Below, in pieces: positions 24,694 through 33,859 of a stretch of 35,624 nucleotides of DNA. The stretch lies in assembly GCA_031406795.1 (NCBI GenBank), contig JANOHV010000265.1, forward strand, positions 1-35,624, in the 5' to 3' direction. This stretch comes from Candidatus Rokuibacteriota bacterium (GTDB lineage Bacteria > JAUVQV01 > DATDCY01). How positions within the stretch are numbered: the first letter of the stretch is position 1; each line of letters opens with the position of its first letter. Both the position numbers and the translations under genes were made by a program. A model generated the notes under the pieces. The model saw only the letters and a list, made by a program, of their open reading frames with translations. It was not told where the DNA came from and ran no database searches.

Positions 24694-25053
24694 CTACAGT
24701 CCGAAAACGTCCCGCAGACCCAGCTTCACGCGCGCAAAATCCTCCGGATGGAGTGTCCCGAGAACGCGCTTGATCAGTGCCTTCTCGACGGCAAGAATAT
24801 TCGAGATCCGCGCCGTGCTGGGATGCTGCAGGCCGACAGCCTGCCAATGTTTCAGAGGATAGTCGCCGGCACCCGGACTGCGGTAGTAGCGCGGTTGGCT
24901 GCTGATAGGGACTACAATCACGTCCGCGATCTTGTCGTGGATCGCAACCACGCTCACCACGAGCGCCGGACGCGGCTTGGCTCCCCCCTGACCGGTAAAG
25001 GGGACGTTCACGACGACCACCTGACCGTGTCTACAGGTAGTCGTAGAGGGCAT
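24694..25053 (-). CDS. PemK/MazF-family toxin
   Basis: GQVVVVNVPFT....KPRPALVVS...VIVVPISS...GL..PS..R; ATG overlaps the antitoxin end. Confidence 0.9.
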   Translation of the reverse strand: MPSTTTCRHGQVVVVNVPFTGQGGAKPRPALVVSVVAIHDKIADVIVVPISSQPRYYRSPGAGDYPLKHWQAVGLQHPSTARISNILAVEKALIKRVLGTLHPEDFARVKLGLRDVFGL

Positions 25054-25258
25054 CTTCTTCGTTTTCCCATGCCCGAGCAAGCTTCCTCCCGGCAAGCTGC
25101 TTCCACTCCAACTCCTCAAGATCCTTCTCCGACAGTGGCTGAATGATGGCATAGGGCTTGCCGTGGTGAGTGACAACGATAGGCTCGCTGTTCTTCCGGG
25201 CTCGCGCAAGATATTCGGACAGCCCGTCCCTCACCTCCGCCACGCTCGCAAAACGCAT
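25031..25258 (-). CDS. Phd/YefM-family antitoxin
   Basis: SVAEVRDGLSEYL...EPIVVTHHGKPYAII; acidic tail WENEEDALYDYL; AAGGAG RBS. Confidence 0.9.
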   Translation of the reverse strand: MRFASVAEVRDGLSEYLARARKNSEPIVVTHHGKPYAIIQPLSEKDLEELEWKQLAGRKLARAWENEEDALYDYL

Positions 25259-25277
25259 CGGGATTCTCCTTGTTATT

Positions 25278-25317
25278 GTCTAGCCAGAAGTATAGCCATA
25301 TCTTCGAGAAGCATCAA
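25278..25317 (-). promoter_or_regulatory. TA operon promoter with tandem operator half-sites
   Basis: TTGATG-N17-TATACT; TGGCTATAC / TGGCTAGAC repeated with 12-nt period over the -10. Confidence 0.6.
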
Positions 25318-25340
25318 GAGCCTTCGCGGCCGGAAACCAC

Positions 25341-25811
25341 CTACCTCTTCCAGAAATACGCGAGCATAATCCCCAGAATCAGCCACAGCGGTATGGAAAC
25401 GGCGATGGTCCAGATAGCTCCCTTGGCGAAACGCAGCTTCGAGAGCAGGTGCTTCTTCTCGAGTCCCCGCTCCAGGGCGGCCCGGAACTTCTCCACCTCG
25501 ACCGGCTTCTCGACGTAGTCGTACGCCCCGAGGTTGATCGTCTCCACCGCGGTGGAGAGATCAGCATAACCCGTGATGACCATGACCACCGCATCGCGGT
25601 CGATCTTCTTCACCTCGCGGATGAACTCGATGCCACCCATGCGCGGCATCTTGAGGTCGGCGATCACGACGTCGAATTCCCCGTCGTGATACTTCGCGAG
25701 CCCATCCTGCCCGTCGACCGCCCGCTGTGAGGTGTGGCCGAGTTCCTTGACGATCCGACCCACCGCCGTCGCAAAACTGTCGTCATCGTCGATAATGAGT
25801 ACGGAACCCAT
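25341..25811 (-). CDS. Response regulator receiver protein with C-terminal transmembrane tail (paralog 2)
   Basis: Same 156-aa length as 16546-17016, about 70% identical by ungapped hand alignment; directly downstream of prsK. Confidence 0.9.
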   Translation of the reverse strand: MGSVLIIDDDDSFATAVGRIVKELGHTSQRAVDGQDGLAKYHDGEFDVVIADLKMPRMGGIEFIREVKKIDRDAVVMVITGYADLSTAVETINLGAYDYVEKPVEVEKFRAALERGLEKKHLLSKLRFAKGAIWTIAVSIPLWLILGIMLAYFWKR

Positions 25812-25844
25812 GCCGCGCCCCTCCCCCGTTGACTACCGCGCACA

Positions 25845-27917
25845 TTACGAGCAATCGACCGGAAAATAAACCGTAAAGATCGTGCCCTTCCCGACCTGGC
25901 TCTGTACGTCGATCCTGCCGCCGTGCGACTCCACGATCTGGCTGCACTGGTAGAGGCCGATGCCGAGACCGCCGTCCTTCGTCGTGCGAAACGGCCGGAA
26001 CAGGTGGTTCTTGAGAAAGTACTCGTTCATTCCGGAGCCGGTATCCGCCACGCTGACGAACGCCTTGCCGTCCTGCGTACCGGTCTTCACGCGAATCTCG
26101 CCCCTCTCGCCAACGGCGTCCGCCGCGTTGAGGATGAGGTTCAGCACGACCTTCCCGATCTCGGCGGCGTCACCGCATGCCCGGGCTTCCCGAACCTCGC
26201 AGGCCAGGTCGACCCCCGGCTTCAGGCCGTTGAACTTTCGGACCGTTTCCTGCGCGATGAGGCCGAGATCGACGACCTCCGCGTGCGACATCGCCAGCTT
26301 CGGCAGCGCTCGCAATTTCAGGATCAAGCCGTTCATCTTCGACACCGTGCTCTTGATCGATTTCAGCAGATCCCGCTGGAAATCCTCTTCGCCGATGTAC
26401 TTCTCGGCGTTTTCGAGCATCAGCGAGAAGGTGTAGGCGACGTTCTTCAGATCATGGACCACGAACGAGGAGACCTTCGCGATGGCGGCCATCTCCCCCG
26501 CTTCCGTGAGTTCGGCCGAGAGACGGTAGCTCATCAGCGAGAGGCCGGCCTGGCGGGCGAGCGTCTTCATCATGTCGAAATCCTCGAACGTCAGCTTCTC
26601 CCGCATCAGACGCTGGCGGAAGAGCACCACACCTTCGAGAAAGGCCGGGCTGACGATTGGTATCGCGAGCCAGGCGCCCGACTTCCGTAGGCACTCCAAC
26701 TCCTCAGGAGAAGGGCGGTACGCGGAGTCCTCGATGGTCAAGACCCGGTTGTTCTCGAGGAAATAGCGCCACAGCCCTTCGGACACCGGGAATACGGCGG
26801 GGAGATCGGCTTCCCGCTCGATGGTTGCGAGCGCGAGCGGAGCGCCTTTCCGGTTGTGAAGGTAGAGAGCCGTTCCCTCGATCCCGAACACGGCGCTGTA
26901 AGTCTGGACGATGACTTCGTTGACGTCCCGCGCGCTGCGGCAACGCGCGAGCCGCTCAGAAAACCGCAGCCATTCCTGGCGATAGTCGTACTTCTGCGCG
27001 TAGAAGTGCTTGTTGACGAAGACCTTGATCCGGCGCCGCACCTGTTCCGAGAAGAGCAGCAGCAGCAGCAGGATCGTCGAGACGATGAACACGAAGGTCC
27101 GCGCCTCGTCCGCGTACGGCAGTTCGAGATAGCGGATCCCGCTTCCCAGGGCGCCCAAGGCCACCAGATAGAGGCCGACGACCATCAGCGTCACGGAGCG
27201 ATAGGCGATGTAGCGCGAGACCACGATGCGGGCACCGCCCCCGCGGGCGAGCCGCGAGTAGCCGACAAGGACCGCGCCGAGGATGAACACCCCCGAGCGG
27301 ACGGGGATGAGGTTCATGTTGACGGACTTGTACAGCAACCCCTGGCTGAGATAGAAAACCAGCATCCCGAGAAGGGCGACGGCCCCGAAGAATTCATACT
27401 TGATCTTCCAGCGCCCGGCGCCCGAACTGCTCCCGAACGTGGCCTCGAGATTCACCAGCGCGGCGATGCAGTAGAGCATGATGCCCAGGTAGAACCAGTA
27501 GCCGGTCCGGCCGAGCATCAAGAGCCCGGTCTCGCGAAAGGAATCCCACTGGTAGAACTGCCCGATCGGGATGATGAGAATCGCGGCGGGGAACACCAGG
27601 CCGAGGGCCGAAATCACCGACCAGAAACGCGCCGACTTCCCGCTTGGCCGCTCCCTGGCGAACAAGAGACTGTAGGGCAGCGCGATGATCGGGATCAGCG
27701 ATTTCAAGAAGAGCACCACCGCCTTATGTCGGGTGGGGTCCGCCGCCGCAGCGATGGAGAACCGGTCGAAGATCTCCATGAGGGCGAGGACAAGGAATAA
27801 CGCCGCCAGCAGCAGATCGGATGACGAACGCCGCTTCAGGAGCAGCAGCGAACTCAGCCCGGCCAGGATAAGCGCGGATGCGAAGGAGAGGGTCATTCCC
27901 GCAAGCAGGTGCTCCAT
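25845..27917 (-). CDS. prsK: XrtA/PEP-CTERM system histidine kinase
   Basis: Multi-TM N-terminus, KHFY..KYDYRQEW, GAF, SFVVHDLKN H-box, LFRPFRTTK, GLGIGLYQC; follows exosortase. Confidence 0.92.
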   Translation of the reverse strand: MEHLLAGMTLSFASALILAGLSSLLLLKRRSSSDLLLAALFLVLALMEIFDRFSIAAAADPTRHKAVVLFLKSLIPIIALPYSLLFARERPSGKSARFWSVISALGLVFPAAILIIPIGQFYQWDSFRETGLLMLGRTGYWFYLGIMLYCIAALVNLEATFGSSSGAGRWKIKYEFFGAVALLGMLVFYLSQGLLYKSVNMNLIPVRSGVFILGAVLVGYSRLARGGGARIVVSRYIAYRSVTLMVVGLYLVALGALGSGIRYLELPYADEARTFVFIVSTILLLLLLFSEQVRRRIKVFVNKHFYAQKYDYRQEWLRFSERLARCRSARDVNEVIVQTYSAVFGIEGTALYLHNRKGAPLALATIEREADLPAVFPVSEGLWRYFLENNRVLTIEDSAYRPSPEELECLRKSGAWLAIPIVSPAFLEGVVLFRQRLMREKLTFEDFDMMKTLARQAGLSLMSYRLSAELTEAGEMAAIAKVSSFVVHDLKNVAYTFSLMLENAEKYIGEEDFQRDLLKSIKSTVSKMNGLILKLRALPKLAMSHAEVVDLGLIAQETVRKFNGLKPGVDLACEVREARACGDAAEIGKVVLNLILNAADAVGERGEIRVKTGTQDGKAFVSVADTGSGMNEYFLKNHLFRPFRTTKDGGLGIGLYQCSQIVESHGGRIDVQSQVGKGTIFTVYFPVDCS

Positions 27918-28849
27918 CAGCGTCCGTCAGGACTACCCGCGAGAGAGTCCGCCGGCCCCGAAACTGCCCCATCCCGTCGCGCCCGCGTTTCGGCTCGCCG
28001 GAGAAGCAGCAGGCTCCCCCCGAACAGCGCCAGCGTTATCAGGAAAAAGACAAACCCGCCGCTGCTGTGCAACCAGTGCCCGGTGAGAAAGCGCATGTCG
28101 ACATACTGAGCGAGGAGCGTCAGCGTCGCGATGCGGATCGCATTCTTCACCAGGGCGAGCGGGATGGTAATCAACACGAGCGTCGACCGGCTCCACCAGC
28201 GGTTGAGAAACAGCTTGGCCGCAACCGTCCCCGTGATCAGCAACGCCAGGCTGGAGCGGATGCTGCTGCACTCCGGCGCGATGTGCACGCTGACCCGCGC
28301 CAGGTGAAAGCTCAGCCCCTCCCGCAGATAGGATATCCCGAGAGACTTGAATATGAGGTCCGTCACTTCCGCCGACCCGTTCTGCAGGAACGGCACGATC
28401 TGATCGACAACCGCCTCCGGCAGCGGGATCATGAAAATCAGGAACGAGAGCGGAAAGAGTGCCTCCTTGAAGGCCCGGCTTCCGAAAAACAGGAGGAAGC
28501 CCCCGACGAACGTCACCCATGCCGAGAAGATGGAAAGAGTTAGTCCGCCCGGCTGGGCTAAAGCCGAACCTTGCAGCAATCCGAAACCGTACGCTACAAT
28601 CCCGACTGCGACTACCGCCACGCCAGCACCAAGAGCAGGTCTGATCGAGGAGAAAATGGTGCGCCGCTCTTGGAAAAGAAAATACGCGCTCACGAACGGG
28701 ATCAAAACCGTGTGGGAATACAGATCGCTGCGCCCAGACATCAGGACAAGCTCGCGCATGGCCGTGAAATAAACCGCCAGCCAGACCACCATGTACACAC
28801 CGAAGCCCCGCCACAGCTTGCTGGCGTTGATCATCTTGTCGTTATCCAT
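27917..28849 (-). CDS. xrt: Exosortase (EpsH family), without a fused EpsI domain
   Basis: YSH..LIP, FPL.FLIFMIPLP, catalytic Cys in ECSSIRS, Arg in NAIRI, His in WLHSSGG. Start uncertain (28849, 28834 or 28792). Confidence 0.92.
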   Translation of the reverse strand: MDNDKMINASKLWRGFGVYMVVWLAVYFTAMRELVLMSGRSDLYSHTVLIPFVSAYFLFQERRTIFSSIRPALGAGVAVVAVGIVAYGFGLLQGSALAQPGGLTLSIFSAWVTFVGGFLLFFGSRAFKEALFPLSFLIFMIPLPEAVVDQIVPFLQNGSAEVTDLIFKSLGISYLREGLSFHLARVSVHIAPECSSIRSSLALLITGTVAAKLFLNRWWSRSTLVLITIPLALVKNAIRIATLTLLAQYVDMRFLTGHWLHSSGGFVFFLITLALFGGSLLLLRRAETRARRDGAVSGPADSLAGSPDGR

Positions 28850-29939
28850 GATGGTTGCCTGCCTCTGGCCCTTCGAGTTTCATCCGCACAACGATGTCGT
28901 GTATGTACCGGGTGAACAAGCTCTGCGTTTTTATGGCCTTGGCACTGCCTACAGCCGGGAGCCCTTCCCTTCTCTCCCAAGCTTGTCTCAATGTAATGAA
29001 CTCACCATAGAAATGACCATTAGGCCCGCGCGCATCTTCAATTCGGGTGTGCCCTGCATACTCTCCTTTGTTCCCGAGCAGGGTCCGCCGGCGCTGGTCA
29101 TAGGGGCCTGGAAGAAATCGCTTGTCGTCCGTCTCGGACGGCCGAACAATGCTGGCTGGAAGAAATACCGTGAAATCGGGATCGACAACGTCTTCGTCGC
29201 CGGCCAGACCGTACATCTGGCAATCTCCTTTGGTCCTCATGGCACCACAATCTTCGTGGACGGACGTTTCGGGCGCTTCTTTCCCGACGCATCTCTCAGT
29301 CCGGTTAAAACACCACTCGGCCGTCTTCTTCTCGGCAACTCATCCAAGGGGGGCAGTTTGTGGAAAGGCGACATCCTTGCGCTTGCCTTGTCCGATCGGG
29401 GCCTGGTGCCTACAGAAACAGCCACGGGTGCGGCGACAGGGGCACACCCCGATTACATAGTGTCTAATGGTAACCTCATCGCACACTACCGTCTCGACAA
29501 CATGAAGGGCAATCTCATTCCGAACACTTCCAGCCCAGGATATAACATCGTCATACCGCCGTTCTTCTCCCCGCTGCGTCGAACCGTTCTCGAGCCTCCA
29601 CGGTGGGGCGTACGGCTGTCATTTTCTTCCCTCCATGACATTGTTCTCAACATCCTGGGATTCATGCCCTTCGGTTTTATCGCAATGCTGTATGTCAGTT
29701 CGGCGGGAGTCATCCCCCCCCGCCTGCAGTCCTCGCTGGTTGTACTCGCAGGATTCCTACTCAGCCTGTCTGTCGAATTAATCCAGGTCTTCATCCCGAC
29801 ACGGAGTTCGACATTGACGGATCTCTCTACCAATACCCTCGGTTCCGCCCTCGGCGTTATCTTGTATGCTTTTGTCATCGCAGTTACCGCCCGGAACTCT
29901 GGAAGTCGGAAATTGTTGTTGAGACAATCGTGGTATTGA
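28791..29939 (+). CDS. VanZ-family membrane protein with LamG/ConA-like domain
   Basis: TM then LWPFEF; LamG-like TIEMTI...HLAISF....IFVDG...LLLGN...WKGDI; C-terminal DIVLNILGFMPFGF...ELIQVFIPTRSSTLTDLSTNTLG. Confidence 0.82.
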   Translation: MYTPKPRHSLLALIILSLSMMVACLWPFEFHPHNDVVYVPGEQALRFYGLGTAYSREPFPSLPSLSQCNELTIEMTIRPARIFNSGVPCILSFVPEQGPPALVIGAWKKSLVVRLGRPNNAGWKKYREIGIDNVFVAGQTVHLAISFGPHGTTIFVDGRFGRFFPDASLSPVKTPLGRLLLGNSSKGGSLWKGDILALALSDRGLVPTETATGAATGAHPDYIVSNGNLIAHYRLDNMKGNLIPNTSSPGYNIVIPPFFSPLRRTVLEPPRWGVRLSFSSLHDIVLNILGFMPFGFIAMLYVSSAGVIPPRLQSSLVVLAGFLLSLSVELIQVFIPTRSSTLTDLSTNTLGSALGVILYAFVIAVTARNSGSRKLLLRQSWY

Positions 29940-29969
29940 AACCCGGATGCTCTCTCACTTCGAGGTGCA

Positions 29970-31259
29970 CTAGGGATGAGAGCGACCGCCATTGAGCGGC
30001 TTGCGGTAGCCTCGGGTCAGGATTCTCCTCGCAGTCCCCAGGAACGATCGCGCCTTTCCCCCGACGGGCAACTCCATCCAGTTGGAGAGCAGGGGGAAGC
30101 CCTCATAATCCGGGGTTGGCAGCCCGAATGCTTTCATGGCGGCAATACGTCCCCACACGGCTCTACGCTTGTTCAGGAGATTGATCTGCGATCCTTTGAT
30201 AATTTTTGGGTCAGCTTTCTCAAGATTTAGATATCCTGCTTTCAAGGCTGCCTGGAGAATCTCCCTACCTCGTTCGGTTCGCACCAACACCATCGATCTT
30301 CCAGGATCACCGCCTGACGGTTCACGGTACCAAGGATCACCGCAGGATATGTCAGCGAACTCGCTCGTGCCGTCAGGGCAAAGGGAGCAACGAAATGGCC
30401 TATATCTATTGAGAAAGCCCCATGACTCGGCATAGCTGAGGCTAGGAGAACGCCCATGTCCATTTCTGAGCCCAACCGAGAATAAACCAGGCCACCCCTT
30501 CCCGCGAAATCTGATATCCTGAACATCGTTTCTTGAGGTTTGCAACTTGTCCAGAAGATCCAACAAACCCTGCGTCGAAGGGGTACCCGCGCAGAAAATA
30601 CCAATCGCCAGCGTAATGGATTCTTTCAGACGCGTCCGCTGCATTTGAAGTTTTCGGAGTCCGTGCATGTCGCAGGGCTTTCCCACGAATGCGAAGGGTG
30701 AAGATGACTGCTCTGCCAACCCGAGCCCCTCACACGGAGATGCCGGGGAATACCGTGATCCGGTGTTTGACAAGAGTTCTGCGCGACTTCGGCTAACCAT
30801 AGTCCTGTTACGCCACGGCTCGCCCTGGTCTTTCCCGACGTGGAGGACTCCTTCGACAAGCCCCTGCTCGACACAGAACAAAGCTAGCGCGGTTGCAGCG
30901 CCTCCCGATGAACCCAAGAACCGTATCTCGGGGTCTGTAGCGTACCCTTCCCATATTTCCAGAAACGAGCCCCAAGATTTTCGAAAGCTTTGCGATGGAT
31001 CACCTTCATCGGATCCCTCATATGCTATACCCAACCCCGGACATGCACGAAGACACATTCCGCACCTGTTGCACCGCGAACCGTCGACAAGGGGTCGCAG
31101 GCCTTGATCGCAGATATCCTTCATCGTAATTGCCTTCTGATCGCACGACACAACGCACGCACCACAGCCAAGACAGAGCCGCCACTTCGCGACGTCGTCA
31201 ACTCTTGCTATCTTCTTGCAGCCCATTTGCAATGTCGACGAATCAACCTCGTTGGTCAT
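29970..31259 (-). CDS. FrhB/FdhB-like (F420 hydrogenase beta-subunit family) Fe-S protein with N-terminal 2x[4Fe-4S] ferredoxin
   Basis: [11 protein letters not shown] and [38 protein letters not shown]...ADISCGDPW. Confidence 0.9.
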   Translation of the reverse strand: MTNEVDSSTLQMGCKKIARVDDVAKWRLCLGCGACVVSCDQKAITMKDICDQGLRPLVDGSRCNRCGMCLRACPGLGIAYEGSDEGDPSQSFRKSWGSFLEIWEGYATDPEIRFLGSSGGAATALALFCVEQGLVEGVLHVGKDQGEPWRNRTMVSRSRAELLSNTGSRYSPASPCEGLGLAEQSSSPFAFVGKPCDMHGLRKLQMQRTRLKESITLAIGIFCAGTPSTQGLLDLLDKLQTSRNDVQDIRFRGKGWPGLFSVGLRNGHGRSPSLSYAESWGFLNRYRPFRCSLCPDGTSEFADISCGDPWYREPSGGDPGRSMVLVRTERGREILQAALKAGYLNLEKADPKIIKGSQINLLNKRRAVWGRIAAMKAFGLPTPDYEGFPLLSNWMELPVGGKARSFLGTARRILTRGYRKPLNGGRSHP

Positions 31260-32038
31260 AAACTACTCTCCTGCTCCGAGAACAACATCTTGATGCGTTC
31301 TTCGATTACAATGTCAGTAAAAAGGTGAAGATGCGGCAACAATTCAACGATATCGTAGTCCCACCACTTTGTCTTCTTAACCAAGGCTTGGAGTTCGACC
31401 GGGTAACGCCACCCTATAACTTTTGCCGGGTTGCCGACGACGATGGCAAACTCCGGCACGTCATGCGTCACGACAGCACCGGCACCAATAACAGCGCCGT
31501 CCGCAATCTTCCTGCAATTTGGAAGGAGAATCGCGTGCGCACCGACCCAGACATCGTTGCCAATTTCCAGTGGGTTGTCCTCGTCGCGGGCAATCGTGTC
31601 CGACGTCACTACACCACAATTGTAGTTGTAAAAGAAAGGATGGAGTGAAATCCGCGCCAGCGGATGATTGCGCCGAAATACGAGGAGTTGGGGCCCTAAC
31701 GATGTGTATCGGCCAATCCGTGTCCCCCGGGGGAGTCCTCCAGGCATAAGGCAAGGACCATAGGTGTATCGTCCAATATCGACACCGTGATGTTGCGAAA
31801 GAATGCGACGCAGGGTCCTCGAGTACATACCTCCCCCCTCCAACCAGAGGATCAATGGGGTGAGAAGACGCCGAATACTCTTGAGTGCATAGGGCAGCAA
31901 CAACAAGCGTGCGCTGTCAGAACGGCGTTCGACTGAGCGTAGCCTCTGCAGCGTGAACGACTCTCGTTCGACCCCCGATCCTACGCCACCATGTTCATTC
32001 ACAGCGCTACCGGGTCTTTCATACAGGCCGACTGCCAA
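31256..32038 (-). CDS. CatB/Vat-like hexapeptide O-acetyltransferase (start uncertain)
   Basis: IGRYTYG, NHP....[42 protein letters not shown]. Confidence 0.88.
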   Translation of the reverse strand: MAVGLYERPGSAVNEHGGVGSGVERESFTLQRLRSVERRSDSARLLLLPYALKSIRRLLTPLILWLEGGGMYSRTLRRILSQHHGVDIGRYTYGPCLMPGGLPRGTRIGRYTSLGPQLLVFRRNHPLARISLHPFFYNYNCGVVTSDTIARDEDNPLEIGNDVWVGAHAILLPNCRKIADGAVIGAGAVVTHDVPEFAIVVGNPAKVIGWRYPVELQALVKKTKWWDYDIVELLPHLHLFTDIVIEERIKMLFSEQESSL

Positions 32039-33488
32039 GGGTCCTACTGCGAAGTCGCTCTCGCAAGCCGGATTGAATTTGTTTGGTCATTCCCCACGCA
32101 TCCGCAAAACTATGCAACAGGAATAGACTGCACAGAGCGCCCATGACCAAACCAATCCCGATCGAGACCATGGGTGGCCAAAGGTGCGCCCCTGCCATCA
32201 CAAGCGAGCCGGCCATTGCCAAGCCCCCCCAACTGATCACTGCAGGGCGTAGTGTGTAACCGAGCGGGACGCTGTCGCGTCGATAGAGGCGGTAGAGTGT
32301 GCCGGCGAAGGCTAATCCTTCCCCCAGAAGGCCAACCGCTGCCACAACCCAGATTGGCTGCCGCGATACTGCCGCGATGACAGCAGGAACTAGAGCAACT
32401 GCCCTCAGGATATTGGAAAAGAGTTGATTTTTTGAGTCTGCTCTCGCCAAAGCCGCCAGCGCAGGTGCAACGCGCAATAAGCGAAAACTATTGGCAGCCG
32501 AAAGCCAAGCGAGAAGAACACCGCCGCCGGCATATTTAACGCCATAAACAAGGGTCATGAACGCCTCCGCGCCGACGACGAGCGTGAGAGCGTAGAGAAC
32601 CGCGAACGCGGCGACAAACTGCGCACTGAGCAGATATTTTCGGCGAAATGCGTCCGAATCGTCTTGAACCCTCGCTAGTACCGGCAGCATAATAGAACTT
32701 ATGACATTAATAAACATGCTTCCTGGTATAAGTGTCAGTGAAGCGGCGGCCGCATAGACTGCTAAGTCACCCATAGAGTAATTAACCCCAACCAGCACTT
32801 GGTCGCCTTGCAGCACCCCGAACATCAGCAAGCTGTTTAAGATGAGCGGCCACCCAAAAACAACAATCCGCTTTGCATACTTGCGGACCATACTCCAGCG
32901 GTAGGACCGCTCGGCGAAAAAATGTGATGCCATGAGGGAAAGAATCGCTTTGGCCACTAGGAGAACAAGAACAACCCGATAATCGCCAAGCCAGATACCC
33001 AACGGGAATACTGCAAGCGTAATAAGTACTTGGGGGATAACATCCGACATGACCCCGGGCAGAAATTTTAGCTCACGCGCCATTCGTCGCACGTCGAGAT
33101 TCTCAAATCCCTTGCACAAGGGCAAAATTGCTAACCACTGAAAGGCCCAGACACGATCCTCGACTTTGAGTACTGTGGCAATCGGTGCTGCCATAACTAG
33201 AATGACCAAAACACTTACCATACCTGCAAGAAATTGGATGAACTGTGCAGTAGCCAAGAACTGAGGTCGGTCGCCATCCCTATCTTGAACCACCAGTTGC
33301 CCGATGGCCATCTTGCCGGCCATTTCCAGCAGTGACACAAACAATGCGAAGCTCGCTGCAACGCCAAAGTCTACCTTCGTCAGAAGGCGCGCCAGAAGCA
33401 TGTTCCGCAGGAACGATGCACCGTAGCCCAAGGCTTCGCCAAAGGCGAGGACCACGGATGCACGCCATATTGTATTTTGAGATTTCAC
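32019..33488 (-). CDS. wzx: Oligosaccharide flippase (Wzx/WzxC-like)
   Basis: LARLL...DFG, many TM segments, FGWPL, DQVLVG, YAAA..L; GTG at 33488 chosen as start (ORF open to 33560). Confidence 0.88.
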   Translation of the reverse strand: MKSQNTIWRASVVLAFGEALGYGASFLRNMLLARLLTKVDFGVAASFALFVSLLEMAGKMAIGQLVVQDRDGDRPQFLATAQFIQFLAGMVSVLVILVMAAPIATVLKVEDRVWAFQWLAILPLCKGFENLDVRRMARELKFLPGVMSDVIPQVLITLAVFPLGIWLGDYRVVLVLLVAKAILSLMASHFFAERSYRWSMVRKYAKRIVVFGWPLILNSLLMFGVLQGDQVLVGVNYSMGDLAVYAAAASLTLIPGSMFINVISSIMLPVLARVQDDSDAFRRKYLLSAQFVAAFAVLYALTLVVGAEAFMTLVYGVKYAGGGVLLAWLSAANSFRLLRVAPALAALARADSKNQLFSNILRAVALVPAVIAAVSRQPIWVVAAVGLLGEGLAFAGTLYRLYRRDSVPLGYTLRPAVISWGGLAMAGSLVMAGAHLWPPMVSIGIGLVMGALCSLFLLHSFADAWGMTKQIQSGLRERLRSRTLGSRPV

Positions 33489-33859
33489 TTTACACCATAT
33501 TCGGTTGTCAGAGTATTCCTTGCGTGGCACTACCCTGGAGCAAGTTACTCTGTTGGCCAAAAATCAGCTTACATCCGAGTTGAGGTTCCCGGCTGCATAG
33601 AGATAAGGTCGTCGCACGGAAGTTGTTTGACCAAGTGGGCCTCCCGGGACGACCGTCGTGGTAGTTTCGGACGGGCCTGCTGAAATTCCTGCACGGCGGT
33701 ACGATTATTCAACAGAACTAGCGATTTCTAACCGACAGTTGCATTGCTATATACAATAGGGACCGTAATTGAAACTTCCTACCACAAATATCGAGCAGAC
33801 ATTTTCCGGCGGAGATCGAGAATAGACCTCAAACACAAGTCTAGCGCGGGGAAGTCCGA

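Noticed and set aside
20700-25340. Integron cassette array or CRISPR array explanation for the island
   Set aside because: No RYYYAAC...GTTRRRY attC pairs, no integrase, no regularly spaced repeats or cas genes; genes lie in mixed orientation.
29970-31259. A true F420-reducing hydrogenase or methanogen origin
   Set aside because: No FrhA/FrhG genes; the context is bacterial polysaccharide biosynthesis.
31256-32038. Antibiotic resistance calls (cat/vat; also vanZ at 28791)
   Set aside because: Family-level similarity only; operon context points to glycan O-acetylation and envelope function.
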